From Neocallimastix sp. 'constans' (Eukaryota), in assembly GCA_050613775.1 (NCBI GenBank), contig JBODTK010000135.1, positions 124,001 to 188,000 of the forward strand: 64,000 nt of DNA. The letters are read 5' to 3'. The stretch's first letter is position 1. Each line of letters starts with the position of its first letter. Below are positions 1 to 13,101 of the stretch, one piece after another. The notes under the pieces were generated by a model, which worked only from the letters and a program-made list of their open reading frames with translations, was not told the origin of the DNA and did not search any database. Made by a program: the position numbers and the translations under genes.

Positions 1-3000
1 CACAACATTCATCTTCTACTACGACTTCGGAGTTTAGTAAAGAAGATTTAGTAGAGAAAGAAGAAATGAAATGCTTGATGAGTTGTGACTTTTTACCTCC
101 TACCCCACCATCTTCTTCACCACCATCTTCTCCAATGAATATTACTGAAGAAGATGAAGAAATGAAAGAAAACATATCATCTACATTAATAGTTCAAAAT
201 GAAGATAAAAATGTAAATGTAAGTGAAAATGATAATGAAATTGGTAATGAAATTGAAATTAAAAATGAAAGTAAAAGCGAAAGTAAAAACGAATATGAAA
301 TAAAAAAAGATCAAATGGATTTAGATTTTAGTGAAAAGGAAAAAGAAGAAGAAGAAAAATTAATGGTCATTAATTATGAAGAAAAGGAAAGAATAAATGA
401 TGCCGAGGAAAGAAAGATTATTCATGAAATAAAAGGTAAAGAAAAGGAAGTTGAAAATGGGAATGAGATTGAAAATAAAGAAGAAAATAAAAATAAAAAT
501 GAAAAAGAAGAAGAAAAGAATAAAATATTTTTTAATAAAGAAGGTTTACCAGTTGAATATTTTGGAAATAAAATTCCTCAATTAAATCCAGTGGAATGGA
601 TGGAAGCAAAAAGGAGTACCAATGCTTTTGCTGAAGCCGCTTTGAATTCTATTAAAAAAGAACAAGAATCATTAACAACATTACTTATTCGTCAACAAAT
701 ACAAAATATTATCGATACTCAAATGTTAATTGATCATTTAAATATGAATGGTAATAGTAATTCTTTGCCACCAATTCCTTCATATATGTACCCTACTTTA
801 AATTCATTAGGTATGTCCTTAACAAATATACCCAACCTTACAAATATGAATAATTTAGCGCTTCCTTCTCAATTAATTACCACTATGGACATAGATCATT
901 TTACGAAAAAAAATGAAATGCAATATGATGTTACAAATGATTTTATTGATTGGGATAAAGTAAATGAAGATAATATTGGTAGTTTGCAAGGTGTATTAAG
1001 TTCTACCGCCAGTCTAGACCCAACCAATTCCTCATTATCTCAAATTTCTTCCACTGATTCTTCATTTTTAAATACAATAAATTCTACAGCTAATCTTAAT
1101 CAACTTAATTATAATAATGATGATTTGATGAACTCATTGAATATGAGTTTGCCTTTAACTTCTACTTCCATATCACAATCGACTGATCTTTCATCATTAT
1201 CTTCAACCTTAGTATCACCATCGAATGATCTTTCATCATTATCTTCAACCTTAGTATCACCATCGAATGATCTTTCATCATTATCTTCAACTTTAGTATC
1301 ACCATCGAATGATTTTTCATCATTATCTTCTACCTTAGTATCATCATCGAATGATTTTTCATCATCATCATCAACATCATCATCAACATCATCATTATCA
1401 ACATCATCATTATCAACATCATCATTATCAACATCATCATTATCAACATTATCATCAACATCATCATCAACATCATCATCAACGTCATCATCAACATCAT
1501 CGTCTTCAACCTCAACATCACATTTAACTGATCTTTCATCATTATCTTCAACCTCAACATCACAATTGAATGATCTTTCATCAGCTTTATCATCATCATC
1601 TTTATCATCACTTTTGGATAATGCAAATAGTTACAATAGTTTAGGCTTAACTGGTTTAGTATCTGAGGAGTTTAATCCATTAGTAAGTAATACTGCTTTG
1701 ACTACTTCTTCTACTAATTTATCTACATTAGCATCTAAAGCTTTAGATTTAAATTCATCACTTTTATGTTCAACCTCAACAAATTCATTCAACCAATCAG
1801 ATATTGCCTATAATAATTCTATTCCATATTCTTCATCTAAATTATTTGCTAATGCGGCCACAACGTCTTTAATGAATATCAAGGATTTGTCTTTGAATTC
1901 CAATTCATTATCTAAAGGTATATCATTAACAAATTCTTTTTTGGTGAATTCATTGGATGATCCTACTTCAATTCTCCCATTTAATAATATTTCTTCAAAT
2001 TTACATTTAAAGTCTTCCAATGTTTTGTCATTACATCATCCACGTGGTTGCTGTTCTAGTTCTAATACCTCATCTACACCACCTTTAACATCTTCCAATA
2101 GTACATTTAAACATCATCATCATATAACCAGTAATAATTTTTATGCAACGGCTTCGAATATTGCAACTTCTTTGACTGCAGCCTCAAAATTGTCAACTAA
2201 TACAAATCAAAATAAAAATCATCATATTAATTCCAGTACCAATATCAATACTGATATATTATTGAATAAGAGCAAAAATACTCATACTTCAACAGTAGTA
2301 GTTCCTCTTTCCTCTATTCATAATCCTTCTACAGCTCTTTTAGAAACTACAGATACTCCATTATTGAAACCTTCTTTTTCAAAGGAAAGTAAGATGACTC
2401 CTATGTCTATTTTAGAGACATCCAATTCTTTGAATGTACCGACTGCAGAAGCCAATAAAAAGAAGGAAGTAAAAGTTAAAACCCCAACGGAAATTTTAAA
2501 TGAAAAATCTTCCAAGATAATTTCTAAAGAAATTTCTAATCCAATTGAAAGAGTAATCACTATTCCTACTCCATCAATAAAGTCTAAGACTATGCCTACT
2601 CTTCCAACTCCAAATTCAGATATTATGTTAAGTAATAGTAGTAATAATGAAAGTAATGAAGTTCAAGAAACCTTAAGCTTATCTTCCCTTTTTACCCAAG
2701 AGAAAAATATATCATTTGATAGTAGTTCTCCTTCCAGTGAAGCTGCTCTGACACCCTCTGAATTTTTAAATCCATCAAATTATTCATCTTGTTATGAATT
2801 ATTACTTAATCTCAATAATAATTATAATGAACCTCTAATATCAGAAATGGCGAATCATGAAAATGTTGAGAATTTAACTTTAGTAGAGAATGAAAAATCG
2901 TTTGAAAACCAATCTAAGAATAATAAAGATGAAAAGAAAAATGAATCTGTTTTTAAAGAAAGAATAATAAATATGGAAAAAGAAATTTCATTAACTGATA

Positions 3001-5225
3001 TAAAAAGTGAATCCATTAATAATGGTAATGATAGTAATGGTGATCAATCTTTTACCTCCATGGAAGGAATTGAAAAGAGTGTATCTAAAGAGGATTCTAT
3101 TCAAACTAATGAAAAAATCATTTTAAGAAAGGAAGATTTCATGGAAGAAGATCCAAAAGAAAAGTTGGATGAAACCAAGAAAATAGAAAAATTGAAGCCA
3201 AAGCCAAAAAGAATAACTATATCACTTGATCTTTCCCATGGAAGAAATATTAGAAAAGAAGAGGAAAATAAGGAAATAGAAGAAGAAGTTTATATGAATC
3301 ATGAAAAAGAGGAAGAATCTGATGATTTCGATAATGAATTAGAAGAAGATATGGAGAATGATGAGTCAAGTGAAGAAGATTCCAACGAAGAAGAATTTGA
3401 TCAATCAGATATTGAAATGGAAGAATATGATGATGAATCAAATGATGAGATTGAAGAAGAAAAATTTGAAAATAATAATTTTGATGATGATTCTAATGAT
3501 AATAGAATTGAAGAAGAAGAAGAAGAAGATAATGATAGTAATAGTGATGATAATAATGAAGATATTGATTATGATAATTCTGATGGTGATTCTGATTCTG
3601 ATTCTGATTCTGATTCTGATGATGAACTTGGAATATCTTTAATGGAAATGAAACGTATTAAACAGCAACAACAACAACAACAACAAAATCAAAAGATTTC
3701 TACAGGTATTAAAAATAGTATTAAAAAAAATCCACCACTTCCAAAAATTATTGTTCATACTAAAAAGGAAAATAAATATAGTAATAAAATCACCACTAAT
3801 ATTATAATTAATACTAATTCCCATATAAGTAATAAAACTAATCAAAAGAATAATACAGATACTATTAAAGGTGATAATATTAAAAATAGCAAAGATAATC
3901 GGAACAGCAAAGGTAATAATATTAATATTGAAAACAATAAAAGTAATAATACTAAAATTGAAATTAAATTACCTGTGAATGAAAAATTTATTGATGTTCA
4001 ACAGCTAGAATTGAATGATATTATTGAAAATATTTTTGATATTGAAAGTCTTACTCAAGAGAATCTGATTAAAATTCAAAAGTCTATTTTGTCACGTTCT
4101 CAAGATAAGAAGAAGTCTGTTGATGTTCAAAGGAAATCAAATATTGGTTCTCTTTTAAGTAAAGAAGCTAAGGAGATTATTAATAAAAAGGAAAAAATTA
4201 TAAATCTTAGCGAATTAGTTTTAAAAGAAAACAAAAATAGAAAAATGAGTAAAAAGCTTGTTTCCATACCTCGTACTACAAAGAAAGTAAGAGGAAGAAA
4301 TGCTTTAAAAATTCAAAATAAAATGGAAACAAGTCCTAATAAAAATTCTAATATTAATATTAATATCAATACTAATACTAATACTAATGTTAATTCAAAT
4401 TTTAATGTTGCTATTGATAATAATAATAATAATAATAAAAATAATGATGATGGTAATAATAATTCCAATATCACCTCTGGTAAGGAAAATTCTAATATTA
4501 TATCAACACCAACATCAATACCAATACCAACACCAACACCAACACCAACAAGGGGTAAAGGTAGACCAAAAGGTCATTGTGGTAGACCAAGAAAAAGATG
4601 GCCAAATGATCAAAATGTTTCTGATTCAAATAAAAATTATCTTTATTCTGTTAATAAAGAAAATAAAGATAATAAATTTAAGGTAGAAGAAAATGGTAAT
4701 ACGCTCTATATTAAACCAGAATTAAAAGAAAAATCTAATGAATCTATTGTGACTCAAGTTTCTGTTACTACCGCCTCTTCAGTTGATCCAATTACCGTAA
4801 TTACATCTACTGTACCTTCCTCCGTCATTACATCTACAAGAAATAGTCATTTCTATTCTTCCTCTCCAAAACAATGTACTTATTGTGGTTCAACTAGTAC
4901 ACCATTATGGCGACATGGTCCACCAGAATCTCCACGTTTATGTAATAGTTGTGGTGTGAAATGGAAACGTGGTAAGATTCTTCAATCTCAACCTTCTGGT
5001 TTCCCATGGAATTCTATTTCAATTGATAAAAAAACAGAAGAGTTTCGTGCCTTAATGCGTTGTATTACTTCTGAAAAAGTTTTGAAAGTTTTAGGAATTT
5101 TAAAAACTTGTATGACTATTGCTATGAGACGTCAATTAGAACGTGGAGAAGAAGTAAAAATAGATATTCGTAATATAGATTCAAGAGCTTGGAGTCAATT
5201 ATATCGTTATATTAAATGTCAATAA
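1..5225 (+). CDS. Large GATA zinc-finger transcription/chromatin factor with AT-hooks and a C-terminal ET(BET)-like domain; probably 5'-partial
   Basis: The frame is open from base 3 (QHSSSTTTSEFSKEDLVEKEEM...) to TAA at 5223-5225. CX2CX18CX2C GATA finger CTYCGSTSTPLWRHGPPESPRLCNSCGVKWKR (~4875-4970). AT-hook-like RGKGRPKG and GRPRKRWP (~4551-4600). The C-terminus ISIDKK...EEVKIDIRNIDSRAWSQLYRYI resembles ET domains. Long Ser-, Asp/Glu- and Asn-rich tracts. Confidence 0.85.
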   Translation, partial: QHSSSTTTSEFSKEDLVEKEEMKCLMSCDFLPPTPPSSSPPSSPMNITEEDEEMKENISSTLIVQNEDKNVNVSENDNEIGNEIEIKNESKSESKNEYEIKKDQMDLDFSEKEKEEEEKLMVINYEEKERINDAEERKIIHEIKGKEKEVENGNEIENKEENKNKNEKEEEKNKIFFNKEGLPVEYFGNKIPQLNPVEWMEAKRSTNAFAEAALNSIKKEQESLTTLLIRQQIQNIIDTQMLIDHLNMNGNSNSLPPIPSYMYPTLNSLGMSLTNIPNLTNMNNLALPSQLITTMDIDHFTKKNEMQYDVTNDFIDWDKVNEDNIGSLQGVLSSTASLDPTNSSLSQISSTDSSFLNTINSTANLNQLNYNNDDLMNSLNMSLPLTSTSISQSTDLSSLSSTLVSPSNDLSSLSSTLVSPSNDLSSLSSTLVSPSNDFSSLSSTLVSSSNDFSSSSSTSSSTSSLSTSSLSTSSLSTSSLSTLSSTSSSTSSSTSSSTSSSSTSTSHLTDLSSLSSTSTSQLNDLSSALSSSSLSSLLDNANSYNSLGLTGLVSEEFNPLVSNTALTTSSTNLSTLASKALDLNSSLLCSTSTNSFNQSDIAYNNSIPYSSSKLFANAATTSLMNIKDLSLNSNSLSKGISLTNSFLVNSLDDPTSILPFNNISSNLHLKSSNVLSLHHPRGCCSSSNTSSTPPLTSSNSTFKHHHHITSNNFYATASNIATSLTAASKLSTNTNQNKNHHINSSTNINTDILLNKSKNTHTSTVVVPLSSIHNPSTALLETTDTPLLKPSFSKESKMTPMSILETSNSLNVPTAEANKKKEVKVKTPTEILNEKSSKIISKEISNPIERVITIPTPSIKSKTMPTLPTPNSDIMLSNSSNNESNEVQETLSLSSLFTQEKNISFDSSSPSSEAALTPSEFLNPSNYSSCYELLLNLNNNYNEPLISEMANHENVENLTLVENEKSFENQSKNNKDEKKNESVFKERIINMEKEISLTDIKSESINNGNDSNGDQSFTSMEGIEKSVSKEDSIQTNEKIILRKEDFMEEDPKEKLDETKKIEKLKPKPKRITISLDLSHGRNIRKEEENKEIEEEVYMNHEKEEESDDFDNELEEDMENDESSEEDSNEEEFDQSDIEMEEYDDESNDEIEEEKFENNNFDDDSNDNRIEEEEEEDNDSNSDDNNEDIDYDNSDGDSDSDSDSDSDDELGISLMEMKRIKQQQQQQQQNQKISTGIKNSIKKNPPLPKIIVHTKKENKYSNKITTNIIINTNSHISNKTNQKNNTDTIKGDNIKNSKDNRNSKGNNINIENNKSNNTKIEIKLPVNEKFIDVQQLELNDIIENIFDIESLTQENLIKIQKSILSRSQDKKKSVDVQRKSNIGSLLSKEAKEIINKKEKIINLSELVLKENKNRKMSKKLVSIPRTTKKVRGRNALKIQNKMETSPNKNSNINININTNTNTNVNSNFNVAIDNNNNNNKNNDDGNNNSNITSGKENSNIISTPTSIPIPTPTPTPTRGKGRPKGHCGRPRKRWPNDQNVSDSNKNYLYSVNKENKDNKFKVEENGNTLYIKPELKEKSNESIVTQVSVTTASSVDPITVITSTVPSSVITSTRNSHFYSSSPKQCTYCGSTSTPLWRHGPPESPRLCNSCGVKWKRGKILQSQPSGFPWNSISIDKKTEEFRALMRCITSEKVLKVLGILKTCMTIAMRRQLERGEEVKIDIRNIDSRAWSQLYRYIKCQ
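1184..1360 (+). repeat. Coding 42-bp tandem repeat (~4 copies, DLSSLSSTLVSPSN), followed by a TCA/ACA-rich poly-Ser/Thr tract
   Basis: The unit gatctttcatcattatcttcaaccttagtatcaccatcgaat is repeated directly. Confidence 0.9.
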
Positions 5226-6656
5226 TTAATATATAATAGATATATATATATAAAGAATAAATACATTACTTTTATAATATATAGTAATATATCTTGGGAA
5301 AAAAAATTGGGGTTTATATATATATATACTTTTTTTTTTAATATCTTTTTTTTTTTTTTTTTTTTTATTTAAAAAAAAAAAAAAAAAAAAAAAAAACAGT
5401 ATGCAAATTAATTATTTAAAAGAAAAAAAATTTTTTTTTTGTATTTTTTATAAAGTATTTAATTTTTAGGAAACCATATTTTTTTTTTTATTTAATAATC
5501 TATTTTTTTTTTTTTTTAAAGATAATTTAATATAAAATTATTATTATTATTATTATTATTATTTTAAAATATTTTTATTTAAAATTATAAAATTTTATTT
5601 ATCTAATATATATTCTATTTTATTTTATTTTTTTATTTTATACTTTTTTTTATTTTTTAATTTAATTAGTTTAGCACATATTTATAAAAAAAAAAAATTT
5701 TTGAATAAAAACAAAAAAAAAGATTTAAAGCCAATAAATTAATAATAGTTATTAATATTTAAATAATACATAATATAAAAATTATTATTTAATATTTATT
5801 AAATATTTATATATTCATTAATAATTTTTTTTATAATATTATTAAAGAATTTTTTTTGTACTATTTTTTATTTTGATTACTATATAAGTATTTTTTACAG
5901 CAAATTGTAAATAAATTAAAATTGTCTTTTTTTGTTTATTTATTTTATTATATATTATTATTATTATTATTATTTTTTTTTATAATAACAAAAAATATTA
6001 AATAAATAAATAAAAATAAAATAAAATAAAAATAAATAAAAAAGCAAATGCAAAAACGAAAACAAAAACAAAAAAACAAAAACAAAAACATAAAAAAACA
6101 TAAAAAAAACATAAAAAAAAACATAAAAAACATAAAAAAAAAAAAATAAAGCATTTAAAAAAAATAAAATAATAAAAATAAGCATTGTGTGTTTTATTAT
6201 TAATAAATATATATTAGTGTTCATAGGTCAATAGACCAAATATAATAATTTTTTTATTAAACTTTTAATATTACAAGTTTTATTATTAATAATTTTTATT
6301 TTCATTTTCATTTTTTTAATAACAAAAAAAAAATTTTTTTTTAATTTCTTATTCTTGATTTTATTTCATAATAATAAGTATTTAATAATAAACTCTAAAC
6401 GATATTATAATAAATGTTTTTTTATTTTTTTAGGCTATTATTATTATTTTTTATTTTTTTACTTTTTTTTTTTTTAATTTTTTTTTTTATTTTTAATATA
6501 TTTTTAATATATTATTTTTAACATGTTCAATTTTCAATTTTTAATTTCAATATATGAATGTTTTTTAATGAAAAAAATTTAATTAATAAAGTAATATTAA
6601 TGGACTCAAGTAAAAAAAAAAAAAAAAAAAAAGAAGTATGTGTATATATAATAAAA

Positions 6657-6715
<59 letters not shown>

Positions 6716-7543
6716 ATAGAATAAAATGAATTTATACAAAACAATAAAAAAAAATAATAATAACTAAAAATGAAGTTTATTTTCAAAAGAACTTTTTTTT
6801 ATATAATTTTAATGAGTTAATTAAATATTTCATAATTTATTTGTGTTTTACCCTCCATACATTAATATTCATATTTCAACTTTATATATTAAAAATAATC
6901 CATTTATTCCATGAAATAAAACGTGATATAATTAATTAATTTAAAAATTTAAAATAATATAAAATTAAAAAAAATTTATTTTTTATTTTTTATTTTTTAT
7001 TTTAAAACTTTGTATTTCTAAAATTAGAATAGCATTTAAAGTAATACTAAATGTAATTAATAAAAAAAAAAATATCTTTCAAATTTTAAAAAATTTTTTT
7101 ATTATAATTAAATAATATAAAAAAAAAAATTTTTTTTTTATTAGTATATAAAAACCAGTTATTAATATTGGCAATATTAAACTTAAAATTAATAGTATAA
7201 TTATTATTAATTACTAATCGCTTTTCTTTTATAAATACATATAATTATTAATTATTAATTATTATAAAAGTATTTTTTATATAATTATTAAATTAGTGAT
7301 AAATTATTATATTTATTATATTTTTTTTTTATAACTTTTTTTTTATTATAAAGCAAAACAGACAAAACAAAAAACAAAAATGCAATGAAATAAAAAATTT
7401 ATATAAAAAAATTTCATATATAATATAAAATATAATATAAAAAAACTTATAATATTAATATTATATAAAAAATTTAATAAAATTTATAAGATAAAAAAGA
7501 ATTGTTATAATAATAATAAAATAAGATAAAATAAAAAAAAAAA

Positions 7544-7646
7544 ATGTCAACTTCTAATGAAAAAGTGAATATATAAATATATGAAGATTAAATTTATTCC
7601 ATTAATAATTATACAATAATTATTTAATTATTATAAATATACTAAT

Positions 7647-7689
<43 letters not shown>

Positions 7690-7728
7690 TAATATTATTA
7701 TTTTTTCTAAATATATTACATGTTGTAA

Positions 7729-7767
<39 letters not shown>

Positions 7768-8517
7768 ATCTTTGCTTTATCTACATGAAACCTACTATTA
7801 TAATTTTTTATTATTAATTATTAATATAAATTCATAAATTTAACATATTATGTATTATATACAAACATACAAAACAAACTTATATTAGTTGACAGCTATC
7901 GAAAATAATAAAGGTATTAATAATATATATAATTATCATTATTAGTATTACTTCATATACCAAAAACAAATTTTTTTTTTTAAATAAAAATTGTCTCTAT
8001 ATTCGATAAATGATTTACAAAATGTTCATGTCTTTGATATCTTTCTTTATTTTTTATATTTTATTTTTATTTTTATTTATTTTTTTTTTTTACAAAAAAA
8101 AAAAAAAAAAATAAAAATCATATTATAATTATTTTATGAAATATCGAATTAATTTTCAGATTCAATATTAAAAAATCATATAAGTAATGCTTCTAAAAAA
8201 GATGTAGTTCCAATATTAAGTACTACACAAGAAAAGAATTCAAGGGAAAGTAAAGAGTTAAAAAGTCCTGATTTAAATACTAATAGAATTCATTTTAAAG
8301 CTGATGAAGGTAAATTAAAGTGATATTTTTATACATATGACTTTAATATATAATATAAACTTCAGTTATAATATGGCAATATATTTAATACTATTTATAA
8401 AACAATAACTAAGAGATAAAATATATTATTATTATATTATTATTATTATTATATAATTTTTTTTTATATATTTTGTTTTGTTTTGTAATATATTATTTTT
8501 TGTTTTAATAATATATT

Positions 8518-8557
<40 letters not shown>

Positions 8558-9194
8558 AGATGATAAAAGAAGAAGTGCAGGTCTTAATACCAATTTAATT
8601 AATAAGGATATTGAAGCAATTGATTTTAAACAAAATACAGTATGTGATGATGATGACGATGATGAAAAGGAAGAATGTGATTTTAATGTAGATGCTATAG
8701 ATACTATGAATGCTGAAAAAATTGTTGAAAGTGGTTATTTATATATACGTTCAACTAAATTAAAAGTAATAATTAAGAATTAAATAGTAATGATAGTAAT
8801 AAAATGATAATAATAATAGTAATAATATTGGATCCATTAAACGTTACAAAGAATAATATTCTAATAATTCTTTTTTTTTTATTTTTATTTTTATTTTTAT
8901 TTTTATTTTTACTTTTACTTTTACTTTTATTTTTTAATTCATTTAAAATAAAAATATTAAAAGAAATGGAAAAAACGTTGGTTTGTTTTAAGAGGAACAA
9001 AACTGGCTTATTATAAAAATGAAAAAGTAAATGATATATCAATAAATTATATATTATCATTATAATTAATAATATTAATATATATTTATACTAATTGTTT
9101 TTTATTTTCTTATATTTTTTAATAAAAATAAAAAAAAACTAATAATAATTTTGTATATTGTAATATTCATACTGTATTATATATTATATAATTT

Positions 9195-9228
<34 letters not shown>

Positions 9229-10975
9229 GATAATGATAATGATTATGATAATATAACAACATCAATACTATTAATAAATAAAATATAAAAATCAATATTA
9301 AATTTCATAAAAAAAAAAAAAAAAATAAAAAAAAAAAATAAAAAATAAAAAATAAAAAATAAAAAAAAAAATAAAAAATAAAAAAAAAAATACAAAAAAA
9401 AATAAAAAAAAAAAAAAAAAAAATAATAATACAAATAAAAACAAAAATAAGGAATATAAACTTATAAGTGTTATTGATTTAAATACGATACATCAAGTAG
9501 GTAAAGTTAATGTATCAAGGCCTAATGTTTTTGGTATTGTTACCTTACCTCGTACATATTATATGCAAGGAACAAGTGAAGAAGAAAAAGATAAATGGAT
9601 AAAAAAAATAAGAGAACTTGTAAAAATAAATACAGGTCCAAAAGAGCATCATCATAAAGAAGCTAGCGGTGATATAACCAATAATAGACGTAAAAGTAGA
9701 AGTTATGAGTCTCTAAAAGGAAATAATAATATTAATAACAACAACAACAACAACAATAATACTATACATGGCAGTTATGGAAGTATAGAGAGTATTAAAT
9801 CAAATCAAGAAACAAAGGAAATTAAAAATAATTCTAATAATAATCTTACATCAAATAATTCCACTATGGATAATAATAATAACAATAATAACAATAACAA
9901 TAATAATATTAATAATAATGATGTAATAAATACAAATAATAATAATGCTATTAATAACAATACCAATAATAATACCATAACTACTATAAATAATGATAAT
10001 AATACGAGCAATAATAATCATGATACTAATAAAGAAGATATAACTAATAATGATTCAACCACTAAAAAAAATATAAATAAACCTGATCCTATTTTAACTT
10101 CACCTAATGAATTAGATAAAAATTATTCATCAAAAGTAAAATTTATTCAATCTGCAAGTGTTGTCGAATCCTCAAGTAGTGGTAATCCATATTCTTCTAA
10201 CTCAACAAAAAATAGTAGTCATTACAACGAAATAAAGTCAGCAAGACCCTATGATGAAAAATACAATCGAAATGAAGATGATGATTGTTCTAGTAGTGAA
10301 GAAAATCTTTTTGTTACAAATCCTATTACAGGGAATAACTTATTAAATGATAATGTCATTATTCGACAAGGATACCTTCTTCGACAAAGTTCTAAATATA
10401 AAACTTGGAAAAAAAGGTGGTTTGTATTACGAAATGGTAAATTAACATGCTATAAAAATGAAAAGGTAATTTTCAATCAATTGAATATCATCACATTACT
10501 ACTACTAATGGACTTATAATAATATTAATAGAATATTAAAGAAATATTAAATATATTTAAATTATCTAAAATTATAAAAAAATTATTTTTTTTTATTTTA
10601 TAAATTATATATGATATATATAATTTGGTTTTTTAAATGATATAATGATGTATAAATATTTAATTTTTTTTTTTTTTACTTTATATATGATATATATATA
10701 TATATATTTTATTTTATTTTATTTTATTTTATTTATTTTTTTAAAAGGAATACGTTGTAATCTCAATCATACCATTATCAGATACTCTAGATATTATTGA
10801 AACTGAAAAGCCTTTAGGAAAAAATCATAAATATTGTTTTAAAATAATTACTGAAGGAAAAGCAATGATTCTTTGTTCGGAAACACAGGAAGAGTGTAAT
10901 AACTGGATATTGGATCTTCAAAAATACCATAAAATTATTCAAAATATAAAAGAAAAACACGGAGATATAGAATAA
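7544..10975 (+). CDS. Tandem PH-domain protein (Opy1-like architecture), 7 exons
   Basis: GT-AG exons at about 7544-7564, 7889-7913, 8160-8309, 8560-8765, 8964-9026, 9452-10465 and 10748-10975 join in frame. PH1: SGYLYIRSTKLK|KWKKRWFVLRGTKLAYYKNEK|EYKL...EEKDKWI. PH2: QGYLLRQSSKYKTWKKRWFVLRNGKLTCYKNEK|EYVV...EECNNWI. An Asn-rich linker separates them. The first two exons are less certain. Confidence 0.85.
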
Positions 10976-11318
10976 TAATAATAGTAAATAATAAATATGA
11001 ATAAATAGTGATAATAAATTAATATAAATTAAGTATTATATAAGTTACATATTTTAACAAATTTGCTTAATATAAAATATTAGCAAAAAAAAATATATAT
11101 ATATATATATAAATATTAAAATATAATAATCATAATTTAATTATTTAAAATTATATTACTTTTTATTTTATTTATTTTTATTATTATTTTTTTTTTTAAA
11201 ATAGATTAAAAAATAAAATAAAAAAGTATATAAATAAAATAAATAGATATATATATATATATATAAATGGAAATAATAATAACTATCTTATTTATAAAAT
11301 AAATCATTTTCCAAAGGG

Positions 11319-11426
11319 AATAATAATAATAATAATAATTATAATAATAATTATAATAATAATTATAATAATAATAATAATAATAATAATAATTATAATA
11401 ATAATAATAATAATTATAATAATAAT

Positions 11427-11490
<64 letters not shown>
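11319..11490. repeat. (AAT)n microsatellite with interspersed TAT, between convergent genes
   Basis: About 170 bp of ataataataat(tat). Confidence 0.95.
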
Positions 11491-11862
11491 TAATTATTTA
11501 TTTAAATTTCAATAATTTTATTTAATTTATTAACAATTATTAATAAATGCGAAAAAATATAAATAAATAAAAAAATAAAAAAAAATATATATATAAAATT
11601 AAAAAAAATATATATATTATTAAATAAAAATTTAATAAAAACCAATATAAAATTTTTAATATAATCAATTTAAATTTTATTTTTATTATTTGCATTGCTT
11701 TATACAATTATTAAAAATTTAATAATATGTAATCATTAGTGCTCAAAAAAAAAAAAAAAAAGAAAAAAGAAAAGAATACTGTAACAATAATAATAATAAT
11801 AATTTTTTTTCTTTTTTGGTATTTTAAATAAATATAAAATGGTCTTGTATTATTTAAATAAT

Positions 11863-11922
<60 letters not shown>

Positions 11923-11969
11923 AAAAAAATAATTAATTTAATTTAATTACATAAAGTATAAAATGAAAT

Positions 11970-13101
11970 CTAATATTTGTACTTGGTTGAATAATCTTTT
12001 GGTGAAACAACAAGACCACGACCCTTTCTTGCACCACGATACACAGTTTCAATAATATCAATCATTTCTTGCTTGTCCTATTTGGATTAATTAGTATATT
12101 TATTTTCATATTATTAAAATGATTAATTTAGTTTTTTTTTTTTTTGCTATAAAAGTTATTTTTATTAGATAAAATATATATATATATATTTCAATTTTTA
12201 TATTATTTTATTTATACCTCAAGTGCCCAATTAATCTTATTATTATTACCAGTACCCAAATCAATCATAATATGTTTATTACGATAGACTTTATATATAT
12301 ATATAATAATTAATTTTAACTTTTAAAAAGAAATTTAAATAATATTTTGAATTAATATTATATTAAATTTTTAAATTAACACTTACAGAACATTACAGTA
12401 CAAGGGTCATACAATTCATACATTTTATTGAAATCTGGAACTTCAGTAATATCTGTTAAGTAAATAACAGCAAAATTCTTAACTTTTTCACAAATTGAAT
12501 ATAATATTTCATCCATTTTCATACATGTTGGGTCCTTTTCATTTTAAATTTGAATATATTAATTGTTTTTAAAAAATATAAATTTAAAATAATAATAATA
12601 ATATATATTAATACATTTAATCTTTCAACTTATAATTTAATTATTTCTATTTTAAAAATCTCACTTTTTATTATTATTTGAATAAAAAGATTATTCTATA
12701 TTTAAAACTAAAAAATATATATGATTAAAATAAGAATTTTAATAATGAAATAATTTATGTATTTAAATTAATTTGAAATAAAATTAAATAGTATTTGAAC
12801 AAAATAAAATAAAATACTTAAAAAAAAAAAAGAATTAAATGTTTCAATTATTATTAATCATACCCAATCATGACCAAATCTAATAACTACGACTCTTTCT
12901 TCTTCATTTAAAATTGCTTGGTCAACATGCCAACCAGAATGAAGATGTGGTAAAAAGTATGACTAAAATTTATATAAAATAATTTAAAATTAAAAATAAT
13001 AATAATTATTATAAATATATATTTTTTATTTACCCATTTACTTATTATTTCCAAAAATATATATATAATATTCTTGTTAAAAATTAATTCTTATTTACCA
13101 T
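11970..13101 (-). CDS. DIB1: U5 snRNP 15-kDa thioredoxin-like protein Dim1/Dib1 (TXNL4A)
   Basis: Spliced translation: M|SYFLPHLHSGWHVDQAILNEEERVVVIRFGHDW|DPTCMKMDEILYSICEKVKNFAVIYLTDITEVPDFNKMYELYDPCTVMF|FYRNKHIMIDLGTGNNNKINWALE|DKQEMIDIIETVYRGARKGRGLVVSPKDYSTKYKY*. Exons at about 13099-13101, 12864-12962, 12388-12534, 12218-12288 and 11970-12077. Missed by the ORF track. Confidence 0.97.

Noticed and set aside
1330..4686. Short alternative-frame and antisense ORFs (poly-M/L/I peptides) over the GATA gene
   Set aside because: Shadow translations of TCA/GAT/AAT codon repeats.
5948..6786. Phe/Leu/Tyr-rich membrane-like ORFs (also 9243-9434 and 36918-37250)
   Set aside because: Translations of poly-T and (TTTA)n/(TTTTA)n simple repeats.
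8478..9060. ORF-track proteins with poly-Lys or hydrophobic ends
   Set aside because: Read-through into introns of the PH-domain gene.
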